Below, piece after piece: positions 43,900-54,048 of a stretch of DNA of 64,000 bases. Each line of letters begins with the position of its first letter. Within the stretch, counting starts at the first letter, position 1. Below the pieces are notes generated by a model. That model made no database searches, was not told the DNA's origin, and was given only the letters and a program-made list of their open reading frames with translations. The position numbers and the translations under genes are program-made. The DNA is from Candidatus Bathyarchaeota archaeon (lineage in GTDB: Archaea > Thermoproteota > Bathyarchaeia > Bathyarchaeales > DTEX01): positions 288,001 to 352,000 of the forward strand of contig CAVQNT010000002.1 in the NCBI GenBank assembly GCA_963714275.1, written 5' to 3'.

Positions 43900-43930
43900 C
43901 TAAACATATATTTACAAAAAACCTCTTCGT

Positions 43931-44392
43931 CTAAAGCGTCATTGAAGTCTTTTTCAGCCTCACAGCGTCCACATTATGATCATAATAATCCTTCAGCCTA
44001 ACAAGAAGTTTGTAACCATGCTTAGAGTATAATCTTCTTGCAGGAACATTGTCAACACGCACTTCAAGAACAAAATTCTTGACGCCTTTTTCAGCTAAAG
44101 CAGACTCAAAAAATTCGAGAAGCTTACTGCCAATTCCCCGTTTCCTGTGAACCTGTTTTACATCTAAAGTATAAACGTGCCCCACGTTTTCTTCAGCCGA
44201 CATTTCGATAGAACCAGTAATGAAACCAATAATCTCATCGTCCACTAACGCGGCGAAAGTGACAAAATCGGGCGCCAATAAACAATAGACAAGCTGGTCT
44301 TTAGAGAAAGCCTCTTCCGTAAAACACTCAGCCTCAATCCTAAGCAGGCTGCCCAAGTCGTTAACAGTCGCCTTCCGAATTTTGAGACCCAA
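43931..44392 (-). CDS. rimI: RimI-like GNAT acetyltransferase
   Basis: HVYTLDV..RKRGIG, LEVRVDN..LY...YY. Confidence 0.8.
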   Translation of the reverse strand: MGLKIRKATVNDLGSLLRIEAECFTEEAFSKDQLVYCLLAPDFVTFAALVDDEIIGFITGSIEMSAEENVGHVYTLDVKQVHRKRGIGSKLLEFFESALAEKGVKNFVLEVRVDNVPARRLYSKHGYKLLVRLKDYYDHNVDAVRLKKTSMTL

Positions 44393-44462
44393 TTGGTGCT
44401 CCTCAAATCATCTTATTCATGTTTTCTATTAATTTGGATGTTTGTTGAGAACACAAGGTGGT

Positions 44463-44975
44463 TTACTGAAACCTGAAAACAAAAACCTTGCCATCAGCCT
44501 TTTCTTTATACAACTTAACAGTCTTCTCGACAACATTACGAGTTTGGCCTAGAAACAGAAGATGGCTGCCACAGTGTTCCGTGCAGTCCGATGACCCAAA
44601 GACCAAAAATGGAATCTGAGCGTGGAACAATTCCCCCAAGCTTTGATTGATGGCGCATTCCATCTTCCTTTTCATTAAGCCTGCTACGACAGCCATTAGA
44701 TTAACATCTTTATCCGATAAAAGATAGTCAATGTGCCATCTTCTCGGTTTTTGTTTTTTATTGTGCCTTCGGATTCGTCCACCAAGACTTGATGATCCCT
44801 TGCCAAACGCAGAACCAGTATAAGCATAACAGCCCCTTTGAAACTTTCCTGAGCCTATTCTGCCGATTGCTATTTGTTTCTGAACCTGAACGAAAATTAA
44901 GAGCGTATAATTTCCCTTAGCATCTGAAAGTGCATTCAAAACAGACGATGCGTTTTCATCCAAGTTTCTGCCCAT
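44463..44975 (-). CDS. GIY-YIG nuclease (DUF123 type)
   Basis: KGNYTL, YAYTGSA, RWHIDYL, FGSSDC..SHL. Confidence 0.85.
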   Translation of the reverse strand: MGRNLDENASSVLNALSDAKGNYTLLIFVQVQKQIAIGRIGSGKFQRGCYAYTGSAFGKGSSSLGGRIRRHNKKQKPRRWHIDYLLSDKDVNLMAVVAGLMKRKMECAINQSLGELFHAQIPFLVFGSSDCTEHCGSHLLFLGQTRNVVEKTVKLYKEKADGKVFVFRFQ

Positions 44976-45412
44976 GTTTATTATTTCCTTTAGTATTTAT
45001 TCATAGAGGCTACTGGTTTCAATAATTTTTTTCTTTATATTTATTGGTAAAGCAAGTTTAATTTTTTTTCTCACACATCCCTCTCACACCACAACTTACA
45101 GAACACACGTATACACAACACAAAAAAACAAAAAAGTGCGTCAGGTGCGGCTTTCAGTTTTCATTTCTTTTCGCTTTCTTCAAGGACATGTGGGTAGAAA
45201 CGTCTTTAAAGTGTCTTGTACAGACTCGGGTTGCGGCTTCCTCATACGCTTTCCACGTTGAAGCTCTGGTTTCATTGTACGCTTTTAATTGTTCTGGTGA
45301 CAGTTCTTGTAGTAGCCTCATTTTTCGCAGACAGCCTTATCCTCTTCATTGCAAAAACATTTCAATTCTACCTTAGTGCGATTTCAACGGATAATTAAGA
45401 AGAGAAGCGTAA

Positions 45413-45628
45413 ATGTCTAACCCTGGGAAACAGCCTAGAATCACGATCAAGAAGGATGTTCTTGGCATTAAGGTTGGTATGGCTGACTATCGTTTCCTTA
45501 TTGCCCTAATCCTTGTTCTCGGTCTTGTAATTGTTCTTATCAGGGGAGATGCGGAAAGCGGTAAAGTCCTTGTGCCCCTTGTCCTGCTTGCGGTTGAATG
45601 GCATTTCAAGGACAAACTGAAAAGGTGA
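45413..45628 (+). CDS. Small two-TM membrane protein
   Basis: 71 aa with two hydrophobic segments. Confidence 0.4.
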   Translation: MSNPGKQPRITIKKDVLGIKVGMADYRFLIALILVLGLVIVLIRGDAESGKVLVPLVLLAVEWHFKDKLKR

Positions 45629-45765
45629 TCATAGCTAACCGAAAAGATAGTAACTAAAAGGTTAGGGATGTTGAAATGAAGGGTAAGCCTTGGACAGGTT
45701 AGGAGGAAAAGCAACTTAGAGAATTATGTGAACAGGGGAAACCTGTTAATCTCAAAGCTACAACG

Positions 45766-46017
45766 ATGAATAAGTCTCATCAAAGTGTGCAGAAGAAAAT
45801 TGTTAGACTTAATCTAAAAGTAGTCCACGGAATTCACAGGACTACATCAACGAGATTAAGTATCCCTGATGATCTTCCAAGCGTTGAGGAAGCCCTCAAA
45901 ATTCTGTGTGCTGCGTTAACAGCTCTTCAGAAAGGAGGACTTGACCAGGCTGAGGTTTTAAGGTTGTACCTTCTCACATTAGTGCCTAATTTGGGGATCT
46001 CCATCAGCATTTTTTGA
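45766..46017 (+). pseudogene. Fragment of a probable mobile-element protein
   Basis: DLPSVEEALKIL..AL..GLDQAEVLRL motif, then abrupt loss of protein-like sequence. Confidence 0.45.
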
Positions 46018-46147
46018 AATAATTTATCGATTGCACTTAAATTTTGGTCAAACAATTCTGATCACGCCCCAAGACATAACATTGCTGTCCGAATCTTGAA
46101 TTATGTGCTGGTTCCTAAACAGTTCCTGCAGATAGTAGACTTTTCAT

Positions 46148-46417
46148 TTATTTGATTTCGATGAGTTGCATGGCTTCGTTGAAGTAATTGAGTACGTTTC
46201 TGCCTTTCTCTGTTATTTTGTAGAAAGTGTGGCTGTCCTCTTCTTCAGATGCTATTAAATTCTGCTCCATCATCGTGTCGAGAGCATGCATAAGGGGCTT
46301 CCAGGAAAGGTTTGTACGATACATTATGCGTGTGGGTTTGTCGACGCCTTTCCTTATAACCTGTAAAATATCAAGGTAAATTTCAAGCCTTGAACGTTTT
46401 GAGCTCACTTTAAACAC
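46148..46417 (-). CDS. Winged-helix regulator, paralog of 11961..12230
   Basis: Same length and mostly identical sequence. Confidence 0.85.
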   Translation of the reverse strand: MFKVSSKRSRLEIYLDILQVIRKGVDKPTRIMYRTNLSWKPLMHALDTMMEQNLIASEEEDSHTFYKITEKGRNVLNYFNEAMQLIEIK

Positions 46418-46605
46418 CTATGAGATACAAATATTGTAAATACATAAAAGACAATGTGCGTAGCTTAACCCAACACAAAAAATTATTTTTTTTCTAATAA
46501 TTTTGAATTGTATTAATTTATTAGTCCTAGAAAAGAAGCTAGCTAGCTAAAGGATATATTTAGAATTACCAGCTAAAAAGGAATGAATTGAAATAAGGGA
46601 CTGCA

Positions 46606-47823
46606 ATGAGTGATTTGAAAAAAGACAGGGACATCCTGCGGGAGCTTGGAGAGAAAATTTCCAAAATTGCAGCCATGCCTGTCAATGAGCAACGTAAGGA
46701 ATTGCATAGAAGAATAAACAACTTAGAAAAGGCCAAACCTACTATTCATATTTACGAGGTCCCTTGGCATGAGATGAATGTTAACGATGAACTCAAGTTG
46801 AAAACAAGGGATCCTTTCTGTCAGGGCATTGAGAGGGATCTGAGGCGCATCCTTTACCTATGGAGGCATATGCAGGGCGACATGGTGGTTGAGCCTGTGA
46901 TCGCCCAGCCCCTCTGCATTCATGATACAGGCTTTGGCATCACCGAGGAAGTTGATATTGCTAGAACAGATGTGAACAGCGATGTGGTATCCCGTCATTT
47001 TCATGTGCAAATCAAAGGTGAAGAAGATATTGAAAAGATCAAAATGCCCATAGTAATGTTTGATGCACAGAGAACAGAAGGGGAATACCAAATGCAGCAT
47101 GATATCTTTGACGGCATTTTACCCGTAGAAAAGCGTGGAATGCCTCTGGAAAAGAAAATTTACCCGTGGAAAAGCTCCGAAAGCGATACCTCGTTTTGGT
47201 TTACACCGTGGGATGACATTGTCCGATGGACTGGAATAAAGGAGATTCTGATAGATATGTTTCGAAGACCCGACTATGTGCACAGTATTATTGATAGGAT
47301 GGTTACTGCATGGCTTCATCGGCTGGACCAGTATGAAAGGCTTGGACTTTTGAAGGCTTCTCCCATGAATTTTTGGGGAATAGGGGCAGCCCAGATTTTT
47401 GCAGCGGTTTCTCCAGCGATGCATGAAGAGTTTGCATTAAGGCATGAAGTTCGCTGGTATGAAAGGTTCGGATACAACTTTTACGGTTGCTGTGAACCGC
47501 TCCACCATAAGGTTGATATCATCAAGAAGAACATTCCCAAGTTGCGGAAGATTTCTATGAGTCCCTGGGTAGATTTTGATAAGGCTGTTAAAAATGTCCG
47601 AGACGAGATTGTTTTCGCTTGGAAACCTAATCCTGCTGTCCTTGCTGCCTCGGTTTGGGATCCGGAGACAGTGCGAAAGGACATGGAAAAGAAGCTGGAG
47701 AAAGCCAAAAATTGTATCGTGGAGATACACATGAAAGACATTAGTACCGTAAGGTACCAGCCTCAGCGTCTCTGGGAGTGGGCGCAGATAGCTGCAGAAG
47801 TAACTGGAAAATATGTGGCATAA
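46606..47823 (+). CDS. Uroporphyrinogen decarboxylase/methyltransferase-fold protein
   Basis: VSPAMHEEF, YGCCEPLH, KISMSPW. Confidence 0.65.
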   Translation: MSDLKKDRDILRELGEKISKIAAMPVNEQRKELHRRINNLEKAKPTIHIYEVPWHEMNVNDELKLKTRDPFCQGIERDLRRILYLWRHMQGDMVVEPVIAQPLCIHDTGFGITEEVDIARTDVNSDVVSRHFHVQIKGEEDIEKIKMPIVMFDAQRTEGEYQMQHDIFDGILPVEKRGMPLEKKIYPWKSSESDTSFWFTPWDDIVRWTGIKEILIDMFRRPDYVHSIIDRMVTAWLHRLDQYERLGLLKASPMNFWGIGAAQIFAAVSPAMHEEFALRHEVRWYERFGYNFYGCCEPLHHKVDIIKKNIPKLRKISMSPWVDFDKAVKNVRDEIVFAWKPNPAVLAASVWDPETVRKDMEKKLEKAKNCIVEIHMKDISTVRYQPQRLWEWAQIAAEVTGKYVA

Positions 47824-48018
47824 TTCCTGTATTGATGACGGTATGAACATTACTTTTTAGAGGATTATGAGTTACCTCTTTTACTATTCAGTCTTACCAA
47901 CACTCAGTTAGCTAGAAAGTATTTTTTGGGTTTAGAATTAAAATTTAGGTAGATTTCCTCCCCTCCCTCATTTTTCACAGACTGTTTAAGTAAGCTTCGT
48001 TTCCAGCTACAATCTGAA

Positions 48019-48329
48019 ATGTTATCAACCAGAGAGAACCATTCAAAGGACCTTTGGAAAGATCTTGAGGCTGGGTTGGGAAGCAAAGCCCAGTTCAGAG
48101 TACTCTGGCATCTAATCTTGAAACCGGAAGAGGCATACACAAAGTACGGTTTAGTTAAGGCAACAGGGCTCAGAACCCTGCCATAACCGAACAGCTAGAA
48201 AGACTATCTGACCTTGGTTGGGTAAAGAAACATGAATCTTCTCCAATCACGTATCAAGCCTGCCTTGAGAATGAGGTCGTCAGACTCATTTATGAGCTCT
48301 TTTGTGAATTGAAAGGCGTTAAAATCTAG
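48019..48329 (+). CDS. Winged-helix protein; frameshift near 48180
   Basis: GLGSKAQFRVL..YTKYGLVKATGL..L..LGWVKK..YQ. Confidence 0.55.
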
Positions 48330-48366
48330 TTAGTAATCATCATTGAAAAAATGAGGGCGAGATTGT

Positions 48367-48522
48367 TTGAGGATCTTCAGACGCATCTCTAAGAAGAATT
48401 ATCTGCATGGAAAAGCAGTCTACAAGTACGAACGGCTCTACATCACTGTTCCAAAACGGTTTCAAAACATCGTGAAACCTTTCGTTGGGCAAGACAAAGT
48501 AAAGATTGAACTGGAAAACTGA
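48367..48522 (+). CDS. Truncated homolog of the 13570 protein
   Basis: RRISKKNYLHGKAVYKYERLYITVPKRFQNIVKPF. Confidence 0.6.
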   Translation: MRIFRRISKKNYLHGKAVYKYERLYITVPKRFQNIVKPFVGQDKVKIELEN

Positions 48523-48601
48523 AGGATTCGTGGTTAAGGTTCAGATCTTACCATGAACAGAGACCCTTAAGAGTGTCACAAAAAGGTTAAACTCGAATAG
48601 T

Positions 48602-48627
48602 GCGGGTTCAAATCTCTCTCAGCCCAC
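48602..48627 (+). other. Degenerate tRNA 3'-half (att-site relic)
   Basis: GCGGGTTCAAATC...GCCCAC resembles a T-arm plus acceptor strand; no 5' half present. Confidence 0.45.
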
Positions 48628-48639
48628 TTTTTAAGCATC

Positions 48640-48996
48640 ACAAATTTCCGTGCAGAACTTTCGATCAGGCCTTCTGATAACAGTGATTATGTGTACCAAT
48701 GAGTTGGGCGCCATGTTGCATCGTCTAACTTTTAAGAAGAAATATAGGGAAGGCTTGATTAGTTTGCTGTAAGCAAAAACGGAGATGTTTGAATGAAGGC
48801 CGATTATGATATCATATTTGAGGGAAAAAGACACAATAAAGAAGAATTCGTCTATTGCCCTTGGATAGAACCACCGGAAAAGAGAATGAAATACTGTAGT
48901 GCTTTCTATAGACTATGGGTAAGAGAAAGAGACGTGAAAACGGCGAAAGGATTCAGTAAAGACATTTAGTCGCAGTTTATGGACACGGAAATTTGT
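48640..48996. mobile_element. MITE-like unit with 13-bp terminal inverted repeats
   Basis: ACAAATTTCCGTG at 48640 and CACGGAAATTTGT at 48984; internal 58-aa ORF at 48793..48969. Confidence 0.55.
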
Positions 48997-49151
48997 TCCC
49001 TTTTTTAACAGACTTTACAAAACAAAGAAACACAAAAAAGAACCGATAACGTGGAACGACTTCAAAGAATTAACTCTGTAGCATCGACACCTAAACCCAA
49101 CCCTAGCCTAATACTCTGTTAACTCCGACTATCAGAATATAAAATGCAGTG

Positions 49152-49458
49152 TCACAACTCAAGTATGTTTTCTTTGGTGGTCTCCAGTTTACCAGAACGC
49201 GGGATGCTTAGTTGGAGTTCATTTCTGAACTCAGTAACATAGGCATCGTTGATCTTCACCTTGTCCCCAATGTTCACAGAATCAATTTTCTCTTCCCAGA
49301 GTGAAAGCTTTATGGATCCTGTCTCATCCTGAAGGGTTGCGTCAGCTCACCGAACGCGGCCCATAACGCGTATTAACTCTTCTCGGTTCGGATTTGTCAA
49401 CGATCTTTCCTTCAACCGTAATGCCGCTCATTCCCCGCTTTATTTCGTTTATCTTCAT
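49152..49458 (-). CDS. Single-OB-fold ssDNA-binding protein; frameshift near 49348
   Basis: MKINEIKRGMSGITVEGKIV..DATLQDETGSIKLSLW..GDKVKI. Confidence 0.8.
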
Positions 49459-49500
49459 TGGTTCATCATCAAGGTTAACCCTTTTCTGTCTAGTTACTTA

Positions 49501-49957
49501 TTAGCTTATGAGTTTCTTTGCCGCGATCTTAACGTCTTTTCTTTCGACTGTTTTTCCCGCAATTGGAATTTTCACTTTCTTGGTATTCTGCAAGAACTTC
49601 TCGGTTACAAAGAATACTTGCTCCTCGGTTCTTCCCCTTACTTCTCCTTCCATGAAATCAAGTGAGATTTTGGCACCAACACTTCAACAGTTTGATGCAT
49701 CTCAAAAAGCCGTAGCTGTCCCTTTTCTCAAAAGCCTCAGTGCTCAGATCCTTAGGCAACAACTTTTGTATTTTGTCCAGATTCCAGCCGTCTGATTTCT
49801 TCAGGACAAAATCGCAATCCCTTGTGTATCGTGAGAGTGACGTAAAAGCTCTAAGAGCATATCCACCAATCAAAACAATCTTGGGATTTTCAAATCCGTT
49901 AGTCTGCTTAGACAATTGCTCGATTATTCTTCCAATCTCTTCCTCTCTCAAGTTCAT
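49501..49957 (-). pseudogene. AbiEii-like nucleotidyltransferase toxin, frameshifted and shortened
   Basis: VLIGGYAL...RYTRDCDF. Confidence 0.65.
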
Positions 49958-49970
49958 GATTTCGGAATGC

Positions 49971-50682
49971 TTAACCAAGCTCAACAACCTTCTCGACTGC
50001 TTCATCAATTTCTCTTTTCACAAAGTCATCTTCCAATTTTGTCTCTCTATGCGGAAATTCAACCCCGCCTAACTCGCCTAACTGATGAAAGCCATACTCT
50101 AAAGCCTGTCTTAGCTCTAACGTTTGTCTTGGAAATTCTTTTCCAGTAAGACTCTTTGTACAATCTGTCCAAATTGATTTTATCCCGGTTCTCGTACAAA
50201 GTAGCGAATGCATCGGCAAAAGCCCATTTCTGCAAACACTCGATTACATTTTCTTCGATATCCTCAACAAGCAAGTTTCCAACTTTCCGATACTTGATTT
50301 TGGATGCGTCTTTCGAGTATTCGACTTCAACATTCCAACCTTTCTTCTTGGCAAATTCTTTCAATGCTTTTCCATAGGACTTGTCTTTGACTTTCAAGAC
50401 ATAAACGTCCCTGTGAATGAAATCATTGTTCCAGAAAGACGCGGCGGTTTGAGCAGAGACCACTTTGAAGTTCTTGTCTTTTTCCAAGAAGTCCCAGATG
50501 CCTTTGACTTCTGTAGGAACCCAATACCATCCCCACTTGACCCTTTCTATTGATCCTTCTTTGGCTAATTTGTTCAAGTATTCCTTGGCGTTTGGCTCAA
50601 TGTTTTTTATGGAGTTAACTTTAATCAAACTTCCTTTGAAGGGCCTCAATTTCTCGTTAAATTTTGTCAAGTATTTAGGCAT
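49971..50682 (-). CDS. AbiEi-like antitoxin; frameshift near 50115
   Basis: YLNKLAKEGSIERVKWGWY wHTH; directly upstream of the NTase. Confidence 0.65.
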
Positions 50683-50873
50683 CGTTGTTCACCTTTTATT
50701 ATTGTTTGGCAAACTACTTAAAATTATCTGTTCACCTTTTTAACTATTTTGGCAAACACTAGCTGACTAATACAACAGGCACACTAATCTCTGGATTGTG
50801 GAAAAAAAATAGAAAGACATCCACAACTCTAATGTAGCCTCGAATACGTAACGCTTGGGCATTATATCTTTAG

Positions 50874-51197
50874 TTAGATGGTCCAGTAAGAATGAAGCTT
50901 CAAGTCTTTATTGTTCACTTCGGCTCTCACAAATTCCACGATGTCTTCGTCCCTTATGTAAAGGTTTCCTGACTTGTCAGTGTGCAACGGTATGCCTGTC
51001 TTTCTAAGGCAATTCCCAACTGCGTTATCAATAAAAACATATTGTTTTTCGACAGCTGGCAAGATAAGCCTGAGACCTGTAAGGTGTCTAGCTGATACTC
51101 CCCGTTCAATATTGTAAGCAATGCTTTTAGGAGCATGCTCTATAATTAGTCTCTTAAACTCATCCCACGACTTCACTCTAATAATTTTGCCACTCAA
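50874..51197 (-). CDS. Hypothetical protein, last gene of the DGC/GcvH operon
   Basis: 107-aa ORF with GGGAG RBS. Confidence 0.6.
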   Translation of the reverse strand: MSGKIIRVKSWDEFKRLIIEHAPKSIAYNIERGVSARHLTGLRLILPAVEKQYVFIDNAVGNCLRKTGIPLHTDKSGNLYIRDEDIVEFVRAEVNNKDLKLHSYWTI

Positions 51198-51219
51198 GTT
51201 AATGCTCCCGTTTCATAAT

Positions 51220-51687
51220 TCATTTTTTCAGTCTTGAGCGTTCGTTTTCGATTTTTCGTCTCATTACGTTAAAATAAGATTCAGGGTCGAGAAGGTTTTC
51301 TTTGTCCCTTTCGAAGTCTTTGGTCTCAATCCTCACGAACCATCCCTTGCCATATGGATCTTGGTTTACGAGTTCCGGTTTCTGCTGAAGTTCCTCGTTT
51401 GTTTCTTTCACTACGCCTGATACTGGTGATATCAGGTCAAGCATGGTCTTAATTGCCTCGAACGAGCCGGCTTCGTCAAACTGTTCGACCACGGTGCCGG
51501 ACTCTGGTAACTCAACGAATATGATGTCTCCAGCCATGTTTTGTAAGAAGTCAGTTATGCCTACAGTCGCAAATTTCCCCTCCGGTCTCGCCCAACAGTC
51601 ATTCTCATTATAAAAACGGTCTAGAGGAACACGAAAAGTCCACTTGTCAACTCTTAATTCCAGATGGGTCTCACCCATTTCATTCAC
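51220..51687 (-). CDS. gcvH: Glycine cleavage H-like lipoyl-carrier protein
   Basis: VGITDF.Q..GDI.FVELP, EAIK (lipoyl Lys), SPVSG, NQDPYGKGW. Confidence 0.9.
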   Translation of the reverse strand: MNEMGETHLELRVDKWTFRVPLDRFYNENDCWARPEGKFATVGITDFLQNMAGDIIFVELPESGTVVEQFDEAGSFEAIKTMLDLISPVSGVVKETNEELQQKPELVNQDPYGKGWFVRIETKDFERDKENLLDPESYFNVMRRKIENERSRLKK

Positions 51688-52091
51688 CTATTTTCTGCAA
51701 GCAGTTTATCGATTGTTTCTGCAACTTCTTGCGCAATTATTTCAGCGAGTTTCTCTCCATTCGACCCTATGTTAGATGCGGAGTCAGGCGTTAGATTGTG
51801 CTTCTTGGCGCTGTCTGGGACGAAAGCTCTTCCTCTAATTTTTCCGCCGTTCTTAATCACCAATTTGGTTGCGCAACGTTCAGCGCAACCGTCTACAGTT
51901 ATGACTGGAAGACTCTTGATTAATTCAGAATAATGGCTGACACCAGCCAACAAGGGGGTAAGACAGATCATTTTGGCATTGTTTGGCCTAAGATTTTCCG
52001 TAACCTTGAAAACGCTTGCGCGAGCCACTGAGCCTAGGGCTTTGTCCATGCCCGCGCATGCCACCACAGCTACTTTCACACCTTCCATCAT
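51684..52091 (-). CDS. DGC-domain putative Zn-binding protein (third copy)
   Basis: ACAG, CL, VDGCAERCA. Confidence 0.85.
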   Translation of the reverse strand: MMEGVKVAVVACAGMDKALGSVARASVFKVTENLRPNNAKMICLTPLLAGVSHYSELIKSLPVITVDGCAERCATKLVIKNGGKIRGRAFVPDSAKKHNLTPDSASNIGSNGEKLAEIIAQEVAETIDKLLAENR

Positions 52092-52103
52092 GACTCCCTT
52101 CTC

Positions 52104-52523
52104 TTAGCGCTCCTTTTTCTGACCTAAGGCTTCGTCCACCTTCTTCGCTATCTCTTCAGCCACTTTCTCGGCTAACTCCATGTCCTCAGCGCTCAATTCG
52201 TCTCTTGACTTCAGATTGAGCTGAGGATACTTCTTCAGAATATCAGTGACTACGACAGTTGCGGTGGGCTTACCGCTATACTTCTTCGTCCCGATTTCAG
52301 CGCATCTCTTCTCGCAGCCATCCACCGTTATTGTGGGAAAAACGCGGGCAAAGGCCCTCTCGTCCTCGCTTCCAGCCAAGAAGAGGGGAAGACAGATCGT
52401 AACCGTCTCCCCAGGTCTCAGCTTCTCCAAAACGAGTCGTGTGGCAATTCTGGAGATTGTTCCCTCTGGAATCTCCTCGCCGCTACAGGAGATTATGCCA
52501 ACCTTGTTCATTGCCATACCCAT
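52104..52523 (-). CDS. DGC-domain protein (second copy)
   Basis: SCSG, CL, VDGCEKRCA. Confidence 0.85.
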   Translation of the reverse strand: MGMAMNKVGIISCSGEEIPEGTISRIATRLVLEKLRPGETVTICLPLFLAGSEDERAFARVFPTITVDGCEKRCAEIGTKKYSGKPTATVVVTDILKKYPQLNLKSRDELSAEDMELAEKVAEEIAKKVDEALGQKKER

Positions 52524-52942
52524 TATTCATCTTCTCCCTCTATTTTGTCGATCTCCTTTGCCACTTCGTCGGCTAGGAGGCTTGCCAGATTCTCTCCTTC
52601 AGCGTTTAACTTGATAACCCCCTCAGGTTTCAATCCCCTATGATTCCGTAGAACATCTGTGACCATTATGCTCCTTACCAGCCTGCCCTTTGAGGCTTCA
52701 ATATTCTTTTTCGAGCACTGGGCTGGGCAACCGTCTATCGAAATGCAAGGGTTCTCGCGGATCATCTTCAACGTCTCCTCATCACCTATTGTGAGCAGGG
52801 CCAGACATGTAGTCCTAGCCTGGTCTGGTCTGAGTTCCTCAATGACCTTGTATGCTGCTTTTCTGCCTACAGTCCCGAGGGACTTACCTATTCCGCTGCA
52901 AGGGATGACGAAGACATTATGTTTAGACACTTTTCTCTCCAC
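52523..52942 (-). CDS. DGC-domain protein (first copy)
   Basis: PCSG, CL, IDGCPAQCS. Confidence 0.85.
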   Translation of the reverse strand: MERKVSKHNVFVIPCSGIGKSLGTVGRKAAYKVIEELRPDQARTTCLALLTIGDEETLKMIRENPCISIDGCPAQCSKKNIEASKGRLVRSIMVTDVLRNHRGLKPEGVIKLNAEGENLASLLADEVAKEIDKIEGEDE

Positions 52943-52944
52943 CT

Positions 52945-53229
52945 TTAGTAGCCTCTCTTATCTTTGATTATCTTAAGAACATCTGGTTTGCTTGGAAAGT
53001 TCAGCGCGTCTGCAGCGCAAACTTTTCGGCAACTCCTGCAGAATACGACGCAATTGTCTGGGTTCTTTATTATGAGTTTGGGCGGGTTACCTTCAACACC
53101 GTAAACGTTGTGAGGACAGAATTTGAGGCATTGGGGTTCCCCATCGCACAGATTACACTTCTCATAGTCTATGATTGGTGACCATGGAATCTCCTTGCGT
53201 GGCACGCCCATATAGGCTTCCTCAGACAT
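52945..53229 (-). CDS. 2x[4Fe-4S] ferredoxin
   Basis: CNLC....CLKFCP and CVVFCRSCRKVC. Confidence 0.9.
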   Translation of the reverse strand: MSEEAYMGVPRKEIPWSPIIDYEKCNLCDGEPQCLKFCPHNVYGVEGNPPKLIIKNPDNCVVFCRSCRKVCAADALNFPSKPDVLKIIKDKRGY

Positions 53230-53593
53230 TTTTCCCCGTCTCCTTCAAAGCGTTCTTCACGACGTTCAAAGCTTCCTCCAATTTCATGTTTCTCACATCA
53301 AGCGGGATTAGATCCTTGTTGATGTCTAGGCCCGCTTTCGAGAAGGCGTCTCTGAAGAGCTTCCTCTGCATCACTGGCGCACAACCGGCTACAATGTATC
53401 TGCTTCCTTTCTTGAGGAACTCATCGAGGAAGCGTTCACCGTCCTCGTCGCAGAGCATGGGGTGGATGAAGGCGTACTCCACAGGATACTCGGTTCTTAT
53501 GATGTTGATGAAGTCCCAGATATCCAGCTGAGCAAAGCCTGGACATTTGCCTGTACAGACGCAGAATATGAAACCTATTTTACTATTTTCCAT
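53222..53593 (-). CDS. Stand-alone HdrA N-terminal-like Fe-S domain protein
   Basis: KIGFIFCVC, HPMLC, IVAGCAP...LFR...DVR. Confidence 0.75.
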   Translation of the reverse strand: MENSKIGFIFCVCTGKCPGFAQLDIWDFINIIRTEYPVEYAFIHPMLCDEDGERFLDEFLKKGSRYIVAGCAPVMQRKLFRDAFSKAGLDINKDLIPLDVRNMKLEEALNVVKNALKETGKNV

Positions 53594-53673
53594 AAATTTT
53601 CCCTTACTTTTTTAGGTTTGTTATTTTCGCCCTTTTTCGGTTCAATATTATTTGATGATGGGATATTCATAGC

Positions 53674-53687
53674 AATATTTAAATATT
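53674..53687. promoter_or_regulatory. Palindrome in the divergent promoter (bidirectional TATA box or operator)
   Basis: AATATTTAAATATT perfect palindrome between the two operons. Confidence 0.45.
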
Positions 53688-53709
53688 CTTATTAACTCAC
53701 TCATTAGAC

Positions 53710-54033
53710 ATGTATCCTAAGAAAAGTGGTTCAAACAGGTTTAAGGCGAGAATTTTTAACGCTCTTTCGGATGCGGTTAGACTTGACATAATCGAGTTTT
53801 TGCGTGAAGGAGAAAAATGCGTATGTGAGATAGTTCCGCACATTGGATTGATTCAGCCTGTGATTTCACGGCATTTAAAAATCCTAAAGGAATGTGGCAT
53901 TGTAAGAGACAGGAAAGCAGGGAATAGGCGACTTTATTCAATAACAGATCCTAGAGTACTTAAGATTGTGGACTCGGTGACTCCAGAATTTACTGAATCC
54001 ATTTCAAGATATTTGATTGAATTAATAGCTTAA
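53710..54033 (+). CDS. arsR: ArsR/SmtB repressor
   Basis: FNALSD..RL, EKCVCEI metalloid site, SRHLKIL. Confidence 0.9.
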   Translation: MYPKKSGSNRFKARIFNALSDAVRLDIIEFLREGEKCVCEIVPHIGLIQPVISRHLKILKECGIVRDRKAGNRRLYSITDPRVLKIVDSVTPEFTESISRYLIELIA

Positions 54034-54048
54034 ACGGGAGAAGGAACT

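Noticed and set aside
48602-48627. tRNA gene
   Set aside because: Only a damaged 3' half; no D or anticodon arm.
50874-51197. Third paralog of the 86-aa element proteins
   Set aside because: Similarity is limited to an N-terminal V.SW.E motif.
51220-51687. Glycine cleavage system operon
   Set aside because: No P, T or L protein genes nearby.
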